Shown here: positions 49,459 through 58,809 of the stretch, piece after piece
How the letters are laid out: every line of letters begins with the position of its first letter
Position numbering within the stretch: the stretch's first letter is position 1
Assembly (NCBI GenBank): GCA_965233585.1
Contig: CBDDTI010000747.1
Span: forward strand, 960,001-1,024,000
From: a bacterium
Lineage (GTDB): Bacteria; SAR324; NAC60-12
Direction: 5' to 3'
DNA length: 64,000 nt
Made by a program: the position numbers and the translations under genes
Notes under the pieces: model-generated
Seen by the model: the letters and a program-made list of their open reading frames with translations, nothing else
Databases searched by the model: none
Told to the model about the DNA's origin: nothing

Positions 49459-49645
49459 CTTTGTCTTTCTTTTTGTGATTTTGTTTTTTCTGGTTGAGAA
49501 GTTTCATTCCTTCCCTTGTGGCATAACTGGTTTTGCTAATACACGAGCCAGAAAAGGTGTGAAAAAGAATGATTTAGGGCATGTGGTTTGACTTTGATCT
49601 TTGTTTCTGGAACGAATCTAAATTGTTCTTCATTCACTGATGACG

Positions 49646-50083
49646 TTAGTTTAAAAAATCATCTAAATACAACACACCTACTTCTTGAATAGATTTGAAT
49701 TGTCTATCATTCGTCACGATTGAAGAACAACCACTTTGTATTGCTGTTGCTATATGAATTGTATCAAAAAGTTTAACCTGATAATCTGCTCTAATCTCTG
49801 ACGATTTGATCAAAATTTCTGTACTTATCTGTTGACATTGAACATAGGAATTGAAAAGTATTGCTTGCATATAAACATTTTCTAGGTCTTGGTTTTTATC
49901 TTTTTTAGGTTTAACAAGACACTCTACAATCGTCAAAGTACTAGTCACAATTTGATGATTTCTTCCTTTTAGAACATTAAAAAAATCGCCAGCTAAACTT
50001 TGATATTTTTCTACTCCTTCAAAAACATAGATAAATACATTTGTATCAAAGTATAAAGGTCTATCAAAAAACTTATCTTTCAT
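49646..50083 (-). CDS. VapC/PIN-domain toxin, copy 3
   Basis: YFDTNVFIY, VE, FDTIH, TND. Confidence 0.9.
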   Translation of the reverse strand: MKDKFFDRPLYFDTNVFIYVFEGVEKYQSLAGDFFNVLKGRNHQIVTSTLTIVECLVKPKKDKNQDLENVYMQAILFNSYVQCQQISTEILIKSSEIRADYQVKLFDTIHIATAIQSGCSSIVTNDRQFKSIQEVGVLYLDDFLN

Positions 50084-50095
50084 TGAACTTGTCTT

Positions 50096-50365
50096 TCATT
50101 CACTTCTTAGATGACGGACGTATTCATTGATTTCTTCAGCAGTTTCAAAGCTTCTATGTTCTTTTGCTATTCCTAACATAGAATGAAAATCAATAGCGAC
50201 TTTTTCTCTTGGTTGTATCGTTTGGGGTTCTAAGATGATTTTTCCATTTTCAGCTCTTGCTTCCAATGTATCGCCTTCGCTAATTCCGACCTCTCTGCGA
50301 ACGGCAGCAGGAATTGTAATTTGACATTTTTGTTTGACTTTGACGTATGGCATTGCGTTCTCCAT
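50096..50365 (-). CDS. AbrB/MazE-type antitoxin, copy 3
   Basis: Paralog of copies 1 and 2. Confidence 0.9.
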   Translation of the reverse strand: MENAMPYVKVKQKCQITIPAAVRREVGISEGDTLEARAENGKIILEPQTIQPREKVAIDFHSMLGIAKEHRSFETAEEINEYVRHLRSE

Positions 50366-50389
50366 TTTAAATAAGGGTTAGAAAGTGAG

Positions 50390-50420
50390 ATTTTAGCAGA
50401 TTCAAATTACATTGTGTCAA
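50390..50420 (-). promoter_or_regulatory. TA promoter, copy 3
   Basis: Identical to copy 1. Confidence 0.55.
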
Positions 50421-50572
50421 CTTTGTCTTTCTTTTTATGGATTTTGTTTCTGCTCTTCAGAAAAATTGTTGATTGTTGAAGATGAACAAAAAATTTTTTT
50501 AAAGACAGCATATAAAAGTAGTGAATATAATAAAATTTATAACTTAAATAACTAATTATGAAAGGAGAAGAA

Positions 50573-50851
50573 ATGAAATATTTTGATGAAGAAGAAAAAG
50601 AATTGATTGAATCAATAGAAAATGGAGTCAATCAAGTTGATAGCGTTGCAAATTTAGAGGAAGAGAAGGCGAGGTATCAAGAAATATTTGCAAAAAATTT
50701 TTCTAAAAGGAAGGCAATAAGTTTGCGTATTTTAGAAAGTGATTTGTTTGATTTAAAAAGCCGAGCATTGGAAGAAGGAATACCTTATCAAACATTGATA
50801 AATTCAATTTTGCATAAGTATTTAAAAGGTTCTTTAAATCAAAAAAGCTGA
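50573..50851 (+). CDS. CopG/BrnA-like ribbon-helix-helix antitoxin (orphan)
   Basis: DEEEKELIESIE..ISLRI..DL..LK.RALEEGIPYQTLINSILHKY; AAGGAG before ATG 50573. Confidence 0.8.
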   Translation: MKYFDEEEKELIESIENGVNQVDSVANLEEEKARYQEIFAKNFSKRKAISLRILESDLFDLKSRALEEGIPYQTLINSILHKYLKGSLNQKS

Positions 50852-50964
50852 TAACACTCAATACACGAGCAAAAAAAGTGCCGAAAAGAATGATTTGCAG
50901 CAGGTTATTTGACTTTGGTCTTTGTTTTGTGAGAGACTAACGGATTTTTCATTAGGAAAACGAT

Positions 50965-51708
50965 ATGATTCAACTCATTGCAGGCAACTGGAAAATGAAT
51001 GGGTCGCGTGCTTTACTTCAGGAGATGGTGGAACGATTAGAAGCATTTGACCCCACAAAAATTCAGATTGCAGTCTGTCCTTCTTTTGTTCATCTCTCTG
51101 ATGCCCTCCAGCTTTTTGAAAAGACTCCTTGGACGATTGGGGCGCAAAATATTTCTGACCAATTATCAGGTGCATTGACGGGTGAGACTTCTGTTTTGAT
51201 GCTCAAAGAATATCTTGTGCAGTTGTGTATTGTGGGGCATTCGGAACGGCGTCAATTTTTTCAAGAAAATGATGTGTTGATTGGCAAAAAAGCCTCGTTG
51301 TTACTGGAACATGGAATCCGTCCCATTATCTGTGTAGGTGAGACATTAGAGCAACGTCAAAACAACGAACATGAAAAAGTTGTCTGTCAGCAGTTAACAG
51401 ATATTTTTGAGCAAATTGCTCAAGACCATGTTGGTCAATGTGTGATTGCTTATGAACCTGTCTGGGCGATTGGAACAGGCAAGACAGCATCTGCACAAGA
51501 TGCCAATGCGATGCACATGGTGGTCAGGCATTTTTTGAAGGAATTGCATGCTCCTGTTGCTGATGCAATACCCTTGCTTTATGGTGGTAGTGTCAACGAA
51601 AGTAACTCTGAAGAATTGATGAAACAACCCCAAATCAATGGTGCATTGGTAGGTGGGGCAAGCCTGAAACCTGATAGCTTTGCCAACTTGATTCAAGCCA
51701 CACTTTAA
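50965..51708 (+). CDS. tpiA: Triosephosphate isomerase
   Basis: AGNWKMN, GHSERR, AYEPVWAIGTG, YGGSV, LVGGASL. Confidence 0.98.
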   Translation: MIQLIAGNWKMNGSRALLQEMVERLEAFDPTKIQIAVCPSFVHLSDALQLFEKTPWTIGAQNISDQLSGALTGETSVLMLKEYLVQLCIVGHSERRQFFQENDVLIGKKASLLLEHGIRPIICVGETLEQRQNNEHEKVVCQQLTDIFEQIAQDHVGQCVIAYEPVWAIGTGKTASAQDANAMHMVVRHFLKELHAPVADAIPLLYGGSVNESNSEELMKQPQINGALVGGASLKPDSFANLIQATL

Positions 51709-51741
51709 ACCTATTTTTTACTTTAAATTTATTTTTTGACC

Positions 51742-52143
51742 ATGTTTGAACTAATTCTAACAATACACATTGCGATTGCCGTGATCCTCATTTTTACTGT
51801 TCTTCTTCAATCTGGGAGGGGGTCGGAGATGGGCGCAGCATTTGGTGGACTTGGACAAGCCGCATCTGCCCGTGGTGAGATGAGTGGGCTTGCCAAATTT
51901 ACCAGCTCCATTGCTGCTATTTTTATGGTGAGTTCTCTGACCCTTGCTTATCTTTCCTCCAAAGAAGTAGGTACCTCTGTCATCTCTAAAATTCAAGAGA
52001 CTCCGATTTCTGCTTCTGCAACTGATACCACTCAAGAAGGTCAGGAAGAGACAACAGAGACGCCGACTTTAGACCAAACTGACGCTCCAGACCTGCAAAA
52101 TTCTGGTGCTTCTCCTTCTGAAACAACTCCACAGGATCAATGA
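51742..52143 (+). CDS. secG: Preprotein translocase subunit SecG with acidic tail
   Basis: VLLQSGRG..MGAAFGG between two TMs; follows tpiA. Confidence 0.92.
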   Translation: MFELILTIHIAIAVILIFTVLLQSGRGSEMGAAFGGLGQAASARGEMSGLAKFTSSIAAIFMVSSLTLAYLSSKEVGTSVISKIQETPISASATDTTQEGQEETTETPTLDQTDAPDLQNSGASPSETTPQDQ

Positions 52144-53837
52144 TTCAAATCTTTCTTCTTACTTTTCTGTAAGGAGGAAGCCAACATTTCTTCAGCCGTT
52201 TCTATGGCTTGGGAACTTACAGTTTTTCCCCCAATGAGTTTGGCAAGACCTAGAGGAAGATTTTTTTGTGTGAGTGTTTGGGCTTTGGTGTAAACCGCAC
52301 CTTGTTTGGTCGTTTTGCTGACCACGATGTGCTGTTGTGCAAACGATGCAATTTGTGGCAGATGCGTAATACAAATCGTTTGCCTCTCTTGAGAAAGTGA
52401 AAGAATTTTTTCTCCAACCATCTCTGCAATTCTGCCGCTGATTCCTGCATCTATCTCATCAAAAATGATGGAACAGTACTCATCTTGTTGTCTCAGGACT
52501 GTCTTGATGGCAAGCATCACTCTTGAAAGCTCTCCTCCTGATGCAATTTTTTCAAGAGGTCGCATTTCTTGTCCAAGATTTGCAGAAAAATAAAATTGCA
52601 CAAGGTCAATGCCATTTTCACTATATGGGGGTGTTTTTTCAGAAGACCTTGTTTGAACGTTTGCTTGAAATTGGGCATTAGGCATTCCCAAATCATGCAA
52701 CTGTCTGCAGACTTGGGCGTCAAACTGTGTGGCAAGTGCTGAACGTTGTTGCGAAAGTTTTTGCGAGGCGTTTTCAAGTTCTTTGGTTAGCTGAAGCAGA
52801 CGTTTTTCTGTCTCTTCTACCTCTAGTTCTAAATGTTCCAGCTGTGTCCGTTCTGCTTTTGCTTTTTCAAGGAAGGCAAGAATCTCATCAAGCGACCTGC
52901 CGTATTTCCGTTTGAGTTGCTGAATGGTATTTAAGCGGCTGTTAATTTGCTCAATACGTTCAGGGCAAAACTCTACTTTTGAATGGTAATCTGAAACCTG
53001 ATAGAAGGTTTCTTGTAGTTGTAAGAAGGCATCTTCTGCAGATTGCAACAAAGGTTCTAAGGAAGGATCTATTTGGACAAGGTGAGAAAGTGAGTCCCGC
53101 GTTTTGTCAAGGTGGCTCAAGATGGATAGGTCGCTTTCAATACCTTGTTCAATGATGTCATAAGAGAGTGTTGCAAGTTTTTGGGCATTGACCAGCTTTT
53201 TGGATTCTTCTTGCAATTCTTGTTCTTCATTCTCTCGGAGTTGTGCATCAGTGATTTCACGAATTTGATAATCCAATAAATCTATGCGCAAGGCACGTTC
53301 TTGAAGCTGTTGCTGAATTTTACAGAGCAGTTTTTGTGCATCATGCCAAGCATGATAGAGGTCATAGACATGGAGTGTTTTCAAATTCCCAAAAGTATCC
53401 AAAAAAGTCAGATGTGCTTGCCTGTCTAATAAATTTTTATTTTCATGTTGTCCATGAATCTGCACTAAAGATGAGCCGATGGCTTCCAATGTTCTTAAAT
53501 TGACATTGACATCGTTGAGGAAAATGCGTTGTGAGCCTGCTGATTTAATGATTCGCCTAACAATCAAGGCATCATCAAAATCAATTTCTGCTTCAGATAA
53601 TAGTTTTTGGGTATGAGGTAGTTTTTTAATGTCAAAAATGGCTTCAACTGACAACTTTTCGCATTGATCCCGAATGAGACCATAATCTGTTTTTTTCCCG
53701 ATCGCTAATTGAATCGCCTTAATGATGGCAGACTTCCCTGAACCTGTCTCGCCCGTGAGAACAATAAACCCAGAATCCAAAGATAACTCTAATAACTCTA
53801 TCGTTGCCAGATGAGAGATGCGAAGATTCGTCAGCAT
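52137..53837 (-). CDS. recN: DNA repair protein RecN
   Basis: LTGETGSGKS, IHGQH, ASGGELSR, FDEIDAGISG, ITHLPQIA. Confidence 0.97.
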   Translation of the reverse strand: MLTNLRISHLATIELLELSLDSGFIVLTGETGSGKSAIIKAIQLAIGKKTDYGLIRDQCEKLSVEAIFDIKKLPHTQKLLSEAEIDFDDALIVRRIIKSAGSQRIFLNDVNVNLRTLEAIGSSLVQIHGQHENKNLLDRQAHLTFLDTFGNLKTLHVYDLYHAWHDAQKLLCKIQQQLQERALRIDLLDYQIREITDAQLRENEEQELQEESKKLVNAQKLATLSYDIIEQGIESDLSILSHLDKTRDSLSHLVQIDPSLEPLLQSAEDAFLQLQETFYQVSDYHSKVEFCPERIEQINSRLNTIQQLKRKYGRSLDEILAFLEKAKAERTQLEHLELEVEETEKRLLQLTKELENASQKLSQQRSALATQFDAQVCRQLHDLGMPNAQFQANVQTRSSEKTPPYSENGIDLVQFYFSANLGQEMRPLEKIASGGELSRVMLAIKTVLRQQDEYCSIIFDEIDAGISGRIAEMVGEKILSLSQERQTICITHLPQIASFAQQHIVVSKTTKQGAVYTKAQTLTQKNLPLGLAKLIGGKTVSSQAIETAEEMLASSLQKSKKKDLNH

Positions 53838-53947
53838 AGTAGAAAAGACAATTTGAAAGATTGACAAGACAAGATCGTTTCATTATCCTGCATTCTATGT
53901 TCCATATTCTGTGTTCCATAGTTTGATGCCATTAAGAAGGAAAAAAG

Positions 53948-54226
53948 ATGAATAAATTAGAACTTGTACAAAGACTCTCTGAAAAGCTGGGAAGAGATAA
54001 AGAAATCCTTGCTAAAAAAACAGTAGATTTATTTTTTAATCAAATCAAGGAATCCTTGCTTTCAGGGGAAGATGTTGAAGTGAGAGGCTTTGGAGTGTTT
54101 AGAGTGAAAACGACAGAGGCTCATGTTGCTAGAAACCCCCGAACAGGTGAGCAAGTGCAAGTCCCTAGCAGAAGGCGCCCTGTCTTTAAGGTTGGGTTGA
54201 ATCTTAAAGAACGTATCAATAAGTAG
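53948..54226 (+). CDS. HU/IHF-family DNA-binding protein
   Basis: MNK.EL, RGFG.F, ARNPRTGE, P.FK. Confidence 0.93.
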   Translation: MNKLELVQRLSEKLGRDKEILAKKTVDLFFNQIKESLLSGEDVEVRGFGVFRVKTTEAHVARNPRTGEQVQVPSRRRPVFKVGLNLKERINK

Positions 54227-54239
54227 TTTGCTATTCTTG

Positions 54240-56150
54240 TCATTCTTTTTCTTGAAGCTGTTGTAATAGCTTCAAATTGTCTTTGGCTTGAGTGTATTGG
54301 GGGTCAATTTGAAGAGCCGCATTGAAAGCAGTTTTTGCCTCTTCTGCCTGACCTGCATTGGCTAAGATGACGCCTAAATTGTTAAACACTTCTGGGTCAT
54401 TTGGATTGATTGACACCGACTGTCTTAAATGTTGAAAGGCTTTTTCGTAGTTTCCCGCTTGTAATTCTTGTTGACCAAGTGCTTTGTGTGCTGTGGCAAG
54501 GGTCAATCTTCCTTGATTTTGATTTGCAACAGCAGGACGTCGTTGCAACAGTTCAATGATTTTTGAATATTCTCCTCTTGTTCCGTGCAGTTGTGCTTGT
54601 TCCAAGAAAGCATCGTTAATAATCCCCTGAACTTCCCACATACTGACATGAGGTGCAATTTTGGTAATGATTTGGTATTCCTTCAGACTTTGGTCATAAT
54701 TCCCCATAGAGCGATAGACACGAGCAAGATTGATTCTTGCTAATAAAAATCGTGACGCACTTTGTAAAGATTTATTGAAATAGACCTTTGCCGCACGAAA
54801 TTGCTTTTGTTCTCCATAAGCAAAGCCCAAATTGTGCAAAGTTCGGGCTTTTGTAGGGGCTTTGTGTGCGGCATCTTTCCAAAGTGTCTCTGTTGTCTCA
54901 TAAACAGCATTTCTTTGGCGAGTCCCCCAGATTCCAAAAAGGACGAAGGCGACCAATCCACAACCTATGATTTTTGATTTTTGATTTTTGATTGCCCAAA
55001 AAATGACATCTGCTAAAAAAAGCATCCAGCCAATCATTGGCAAGTAGGCTTTGTATTCCACCAAAATATCCCGCTCTGGGACAATAATATAAGGTCCAAA
55101 AGTGAGATAAAACCAAAATCCCCCAAATGCACACAAACGGAACTTTTTATGAGCTAAGAAAAGCAACATTGCAATTACTGCGACATGAAAAGCGACGGCA
55201 TACAATGTCAAATCCTGACCAACTGCGGGGTCAAAATTATGATCAACGTTCATCCAATTTAAAACTGGTAAAGTGATGAGCTTCCAATAAAACACCATCA
55301 CGCGGGACATCGTTTGCCAATGTTCAGTAGCAGACCACAAAGTGTCAGAGCCAAAACCAACAAAATAATTCCCATCTTTAAATAAGGCATTGTCTTTTAA
55401 AAAATAAAACAAAACCCCAGCGATTCCTAAAGTACCTAAAATGACAGGCAACAAGGCACGTTTGATTTTTTGCCAGCTGTCTAAGTGCATGAGGGCTTCA
55501 TAAAGCACTGGCACAACGAGCCATGTCATTGCCATTGATTTAGAACCTGCCGCCACCCAGTATGATGCTAATGCCAAAGAAACCCAAATGACAGAAGGTT
55601 TGTAATTTTTATCAAAAAAGGAGTCCCTTGCCTTCACATAGCAAAGTGTTGCAAGCATGTAAAACAAGGTTGCCATTTGGGACGTGCGTTGTGTCAGGTA
55701 GGTGACTGCTGCACTTGCCAGAGGGTGAATTGCAAAGATGGTCGCAACACTCATGGCTGTTAGGAGGAGAGAATATTGACGTTCTTGATGCTGAACGTAT
55801 GTACTTTTAAGCAAAGTATAAACCAACAGGCACAAAACCCAAGCATTGATGATGTGGATAGCAATATTAACAATGTGGTATCCGTAAGGATTCAATCCGT
55901 CCCACTGGTGATTGAGGGAAAATAAAATCAACGCAAAGTTTCGCCCTCCCAGACTAGAAAAAGCCTCTTTGAAGTAATAAGTCCAACTTTCCCAATTCCG
56001 TTCTACAAGAAATGGAATGTCGTCAAAGTGAAAAACAGCGTTCAGAGAGTTGGAATATCCTAGCCAAATAATGCTAGGAACCCAGATGACAAAGAAAAAT
56101 GTGAGGTTTCTTTTGCTGAGAAACTGATTGAAAAGATTGGATTGCATCAT
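54240..56150 (-). CDS. Multi-TM protein with C-terminal TPRs (TMTC-like, putative GT-C glycosyltransferase)
   Basis: FHFDD after TM1, YHIVNIAIH, HP...AVTY..QR, many TMs, TPR repeats. Confidence 0.75.
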   Translation of the reverse strand: MMQSNLFNQFLSKRNLTFFFVIWVPSIIWLGYSNSLNAVFHFDDIPFLVERNWESWTYYFKEAFSSLGGRNFALILFSLNHQWDGLNPYGYHIVNIAIHIINAWVLCLLVYTLLKSTYVQHQERQYSLLLTAMSVATIFAIHPLASAAVTYLTQRTSQMATLFYMLATLCYVKARDSFFDKNYKPSVIWVSLALASYWVAAGSKSMAMTWLVVPVLYEALMHLDSWQKIKRALLPVILGTLGIAGVLFYFLKDNALFKDGNYFVGFGSDTLWSATEHWQTMSRVMVFYWKLITLPVLNWMNVDHNFDPAVGQDLTLYAVAFHVAVIAMLLFLAHKKFRLCAFGGFWFYLTFGPYIIVPERDILVEYKAYLPMIGWMLFLADVIFWAIKNQKSKIIGCGLVAFVLFGIWGTRQRNAVYETTETLWKDAAHKAPTKARTLHNLGFAYGEQKQFRAAKVYFNKSLQSASRFLLARINLARVYRSMGNYDQSLKEYQIITKIAPHVSMWEVQGIINDAFLEQAQLHGTRGEYSKIIELLQRRPAVANQNQGRLTLATAHKALGQQELQAGNYEKAFQHLRQSVSINPNDPEVFNNLGVILANAGQAEEAKTAFNAALQIDPQYTQAKDNLKLLQQLQEKE

Positions 56151-56170
56151 GTTAAAAAATTAGCAAAGAA

Positions 56171-57205
56171 CTATGAGGATTGGTCTGTGGCAACAGGGAG
56201 TATTTTGATTTCATGTTGACCATCAGAAGTGGTCAATGTTGTTTGACCAGCAATACTTTTGTAGTTGACCATGGCGATTGCATGATAGGTGTCTTGATGT
56301 TGTAATTTGCTGACACTGGTGACGGTGGCAACTTTTTTTTCATTCTCAAATTTTCCATTTTCAAAAAGAGAATCTTGGGCTTGAAGCTGAACAGAACAAG
56401 GGACTTTTAGCCCCATCAATTTTTTATTTGGGTGTCCAAGATGTTTCATTCTTGCATGGGTTTCTTGCCCAAGATAACAGCCTTTGCGATACGACATGTG
56501 CGATGTCAAAGAGGCTTCTTCAGGCAGACAGTTTTCATAATCTACACCATAGCGGGGAATCAGCTCATCAATTCGTTTATTTTCTAACACTTGAAACCCG
56601 ATTAAACAAACGTTTTCTTGGCAAGATAAGTTCTGAAAGACCTCAAAATAATCCTGATAAGGAATGAGAAGACAGCAAGCTGAAGTGTTGCCAAAAGGTA
56701 GAGACCACCAGAAGCATTGATGGAATGTTTGACAGAATTGAGAGGCAATCACTTCTGCATTTTGACCAATGAGCTGACAATACACAAATTGTTCTTCCAG
56801 AAGAATTTCAACGTCCTCTTGAATGTGGAATTTTTGCAGATGGTCTATGACAAAAGATGCGTGATTTGGCTCAGTCAAGAGGATAAGGTCTTCTTCAGTT
56901 CTTTGCAAAATGTCAATTCGTGTTAAAATCTTGCCTCTGTGTTGACAAATTAAACTTTGTTGGGATTCTCCATTTTGTAGAGTCAATACGTGATTTGTCA
57001 CCATTCCATTTAAAAAATGCCGAACATCTTTTCCCCACAAACGCACCAATTCAAATGCCTTACAATCCAGCAAACCGCATTGGTTTGAAAGGTGATTTTG
57101 CTCTTCTTGTGCATAAGAGATGGGTAGCTTGCCTTTGGGCAGTTGAACAAACTTGGCTTGGTGGTCTTGATGGAACAAGTCAATTTTTTCAAAAGGTTTC
57201 ATCAT
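56171..57205 (-). CDS. ygfZ: Folate-binding protein YgfZ
   Basis: KGCYLGQE signature on a GcvT-like fold. Confidence 0.9.
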   Translation of the reverse strand: MMKPFEKIDLFHQDHQAKFVQLPKGKLPISYAQEEQNHLSNQCGLLDCKAFELVRLWGKDVRHFLNGMVTNHVLTLQNGESQQSLICQHRGKILTRIDILQRTEEDLILLTEPNHASFVIDHLQKFHIQEDVEILLEEQFVYCQLIGQNAEVIASQFCQTFHQCFWWSLPFGNTSACCLLIPYQDYFEVFQNLSCQENVCLIGFQVLENKRIDELIPRYGVDYENCLPEEASLTSHMSYRKGCYLGQETHARMKHLGHPNKKLMGLKVPCSVQLQAQDSLFENGKFENEKKVATVTSVSKLQHQDTYHAIAMVNYKSIAGQTTLTTSDGQHEIKILPVATDQSS

Positions 57206-57316
57206 GTCTGGAAGATTGTGTCTGGAATATTATGGCATTTGAAGAACGATTTTTATTATAGCTAAACACACACTTTTATCTAGCACTTATATTTTTATCT
57301 AGCATTTATCTGGTTT

Positions 57317-58792
57317 ATGAAATTACAAACTCCGTATGTCGCATGTCTTGTCTTATCAGTCACTTTCCTCTTCAATTATCTTGCTGTCAACATTGGACTT
57401 CACACTGTTGCAGAAGTCGTCACTTATGCACTGCCTGCAATCTTGCTTCCTTTGATATTTTTACTATGTTCTGTCTGGTCTTTAGAAAAGCTATTTCAGG
57501 GTTCACCAAAGGCGATTAGTAGTTTTTTTATGTTCATCACGCTTGCGGCTGTTGTGGAGCCTCATCGTCAGAACAACCCTGAAATGCCCCTTTTGATCTT
57601 TTGGTCTTATGTCACTCCTTTGCTCCTGTTTGTCACGTGCTTGGGATATTTTTTTTGGAAAAAATCACTTCAACTTTTGCTGGTGTTTTTAATCGTTTTT
57701 GGGGCAGAGAGAGCGTATCAAACGAGCTTAAAACTTTATGAAAGGTGGGAAAAGCAGAGTTATGTTGAATCAGAAAGCTACCAAAGAGAATCAGCAAACT
57801 ATTTCAATGACACCCAAGATGTGAAGCCATTTGTTGAGAGATTGAATGTGTACCATGTCTTGATTGATAGTTATCCTTCATTGGAGGGACTTAAACGTTT
57901 TAACGCAAATAATGAATCCTTTTATCAAACACTAGAGTCCAAAGGGTTTCGTGCGTATCGGCATGCGTTTTCAAATTATCCCAATACGCAAGAAAGTTTA
58001 ATCTCTATGTGGGCTATGCAACATACTTACAACAATTCAGATGACAATTTTGACCCGTATGCACTGTATGGACGCAATGAAAGTTTTAGACGTTTGATCC
58101 AAGAAGACTATCAAATCTATTGTGATTACCCTTGTTATTCAAAAACACAAAGTCCAAGTCAACCTGTCTCTCCCAATATCAAATCTCAACTCCGTTTAAG
58201 GAATGACAGGCTTTTGCAATATTACATGCTTTATTATTTGGGACCGATTATTTCTACACTTTTAGGCACTTCTGAAAAACCTCAAGACTCCCTTGCAAGA
58301 GAATGGCTTTTGATCAATGATCACCTTCAAAACCCTGCTTTTGTGTATTTGCACGACCTTTCTCATCAGGCACACCACCAAAAAAGACGCGAGGTTCTAA
58401 ATCGCTCTATTCTGAAAATTGTTGACGACATTTCTCAAAAACAAGAACCTAGCATCATCATTTTGAGTTCAGACCATGGAAACAGAAAAGAATGGGCAGA
58501 AAATAACACTGAAAAAGAGACGCCACTTCATAACTTTGGGATTTTGCTGGCAATCAGATGGCCCCAAATGTGTGAGTCGTTCAATCAAGTAGAACGCATC
58601 ACGCCTGTCAATTTGTATGCTTATGTTTTTGCTTGTTTAGATGGAAGCCCTGAACCTGAAGAATTGCAACCTGATGACAGCTACATGAAGGGAAAGACTT
58701 TGCTTGAAGACATCAACATCGGGGAAGACAATTATTTGCACATTCAAGATCATAAACCACTGAAGATGCCAAAACTTGTAGAGCAAAATTAA
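57317..58792 (+). CDS. Membrane-anchored alkaline-phosphatase/sulfatase-superfamily protein
   Basis: N-terminal TMs; NVYHVLIDSY, SNYPNT, IILSSDHG. Confidence 0.65.
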   Translation: MKLQTPYVACLVLSVTFLFNYLAVNIGLHTVAEVVTYALPAILLPLIFLLCSVWSLEKLFQGSPKAISSFFMFITLAAVVEPHRQNNPEMPLLIFWSYVTPLLLFVTCLGYFFWKKSLQLLLVFLIVFGAERAYQTSLKLYERWEKQSYVESESYQRESANYFNDTQDVKPFVERLNVYHVLIDSYPSLEGLKRFNANNESFYQTLESKGFRAYRHAFSNYPNTQESLISMWAMQHTYNNSDDNFDPYALYGRNESFRRLIQEDYQIYCDYPCYSKTQSPSQPVSPNIKSQLRLRNDRLLQYYMLYYLGPIISTLLGTSEKPQDSLAREWLLINDHLQNPAFVYLHDLSHQAHHQKRREVLNRSILKIVDDISQKQEPSIIILSSDHGNRKEWAENNTEKETPLHNFGILLAIRWPQMCESFNQVERITPVNLYAYVFACLDGSPEPEELQPDDSYMKGKTLLEDINIGEDNYLHIQDHKPLKMPKLVEQN

Positions 58793-58809
58793 AGATGTCT
58801 TGAGGACGC

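Noticed and set aside
47836..50851. IS element or prophage carrying the TA array
   Set aside because: No transposase, integrase or terminal repeats; duplicated tpiA-upstream DNA points to local tandem amplification.
52137..52200. tRNA after secG
   Set aside because: secG overlaps the convergent recN end, leaving no room; no cloverleaf recognised anywhere in the window.
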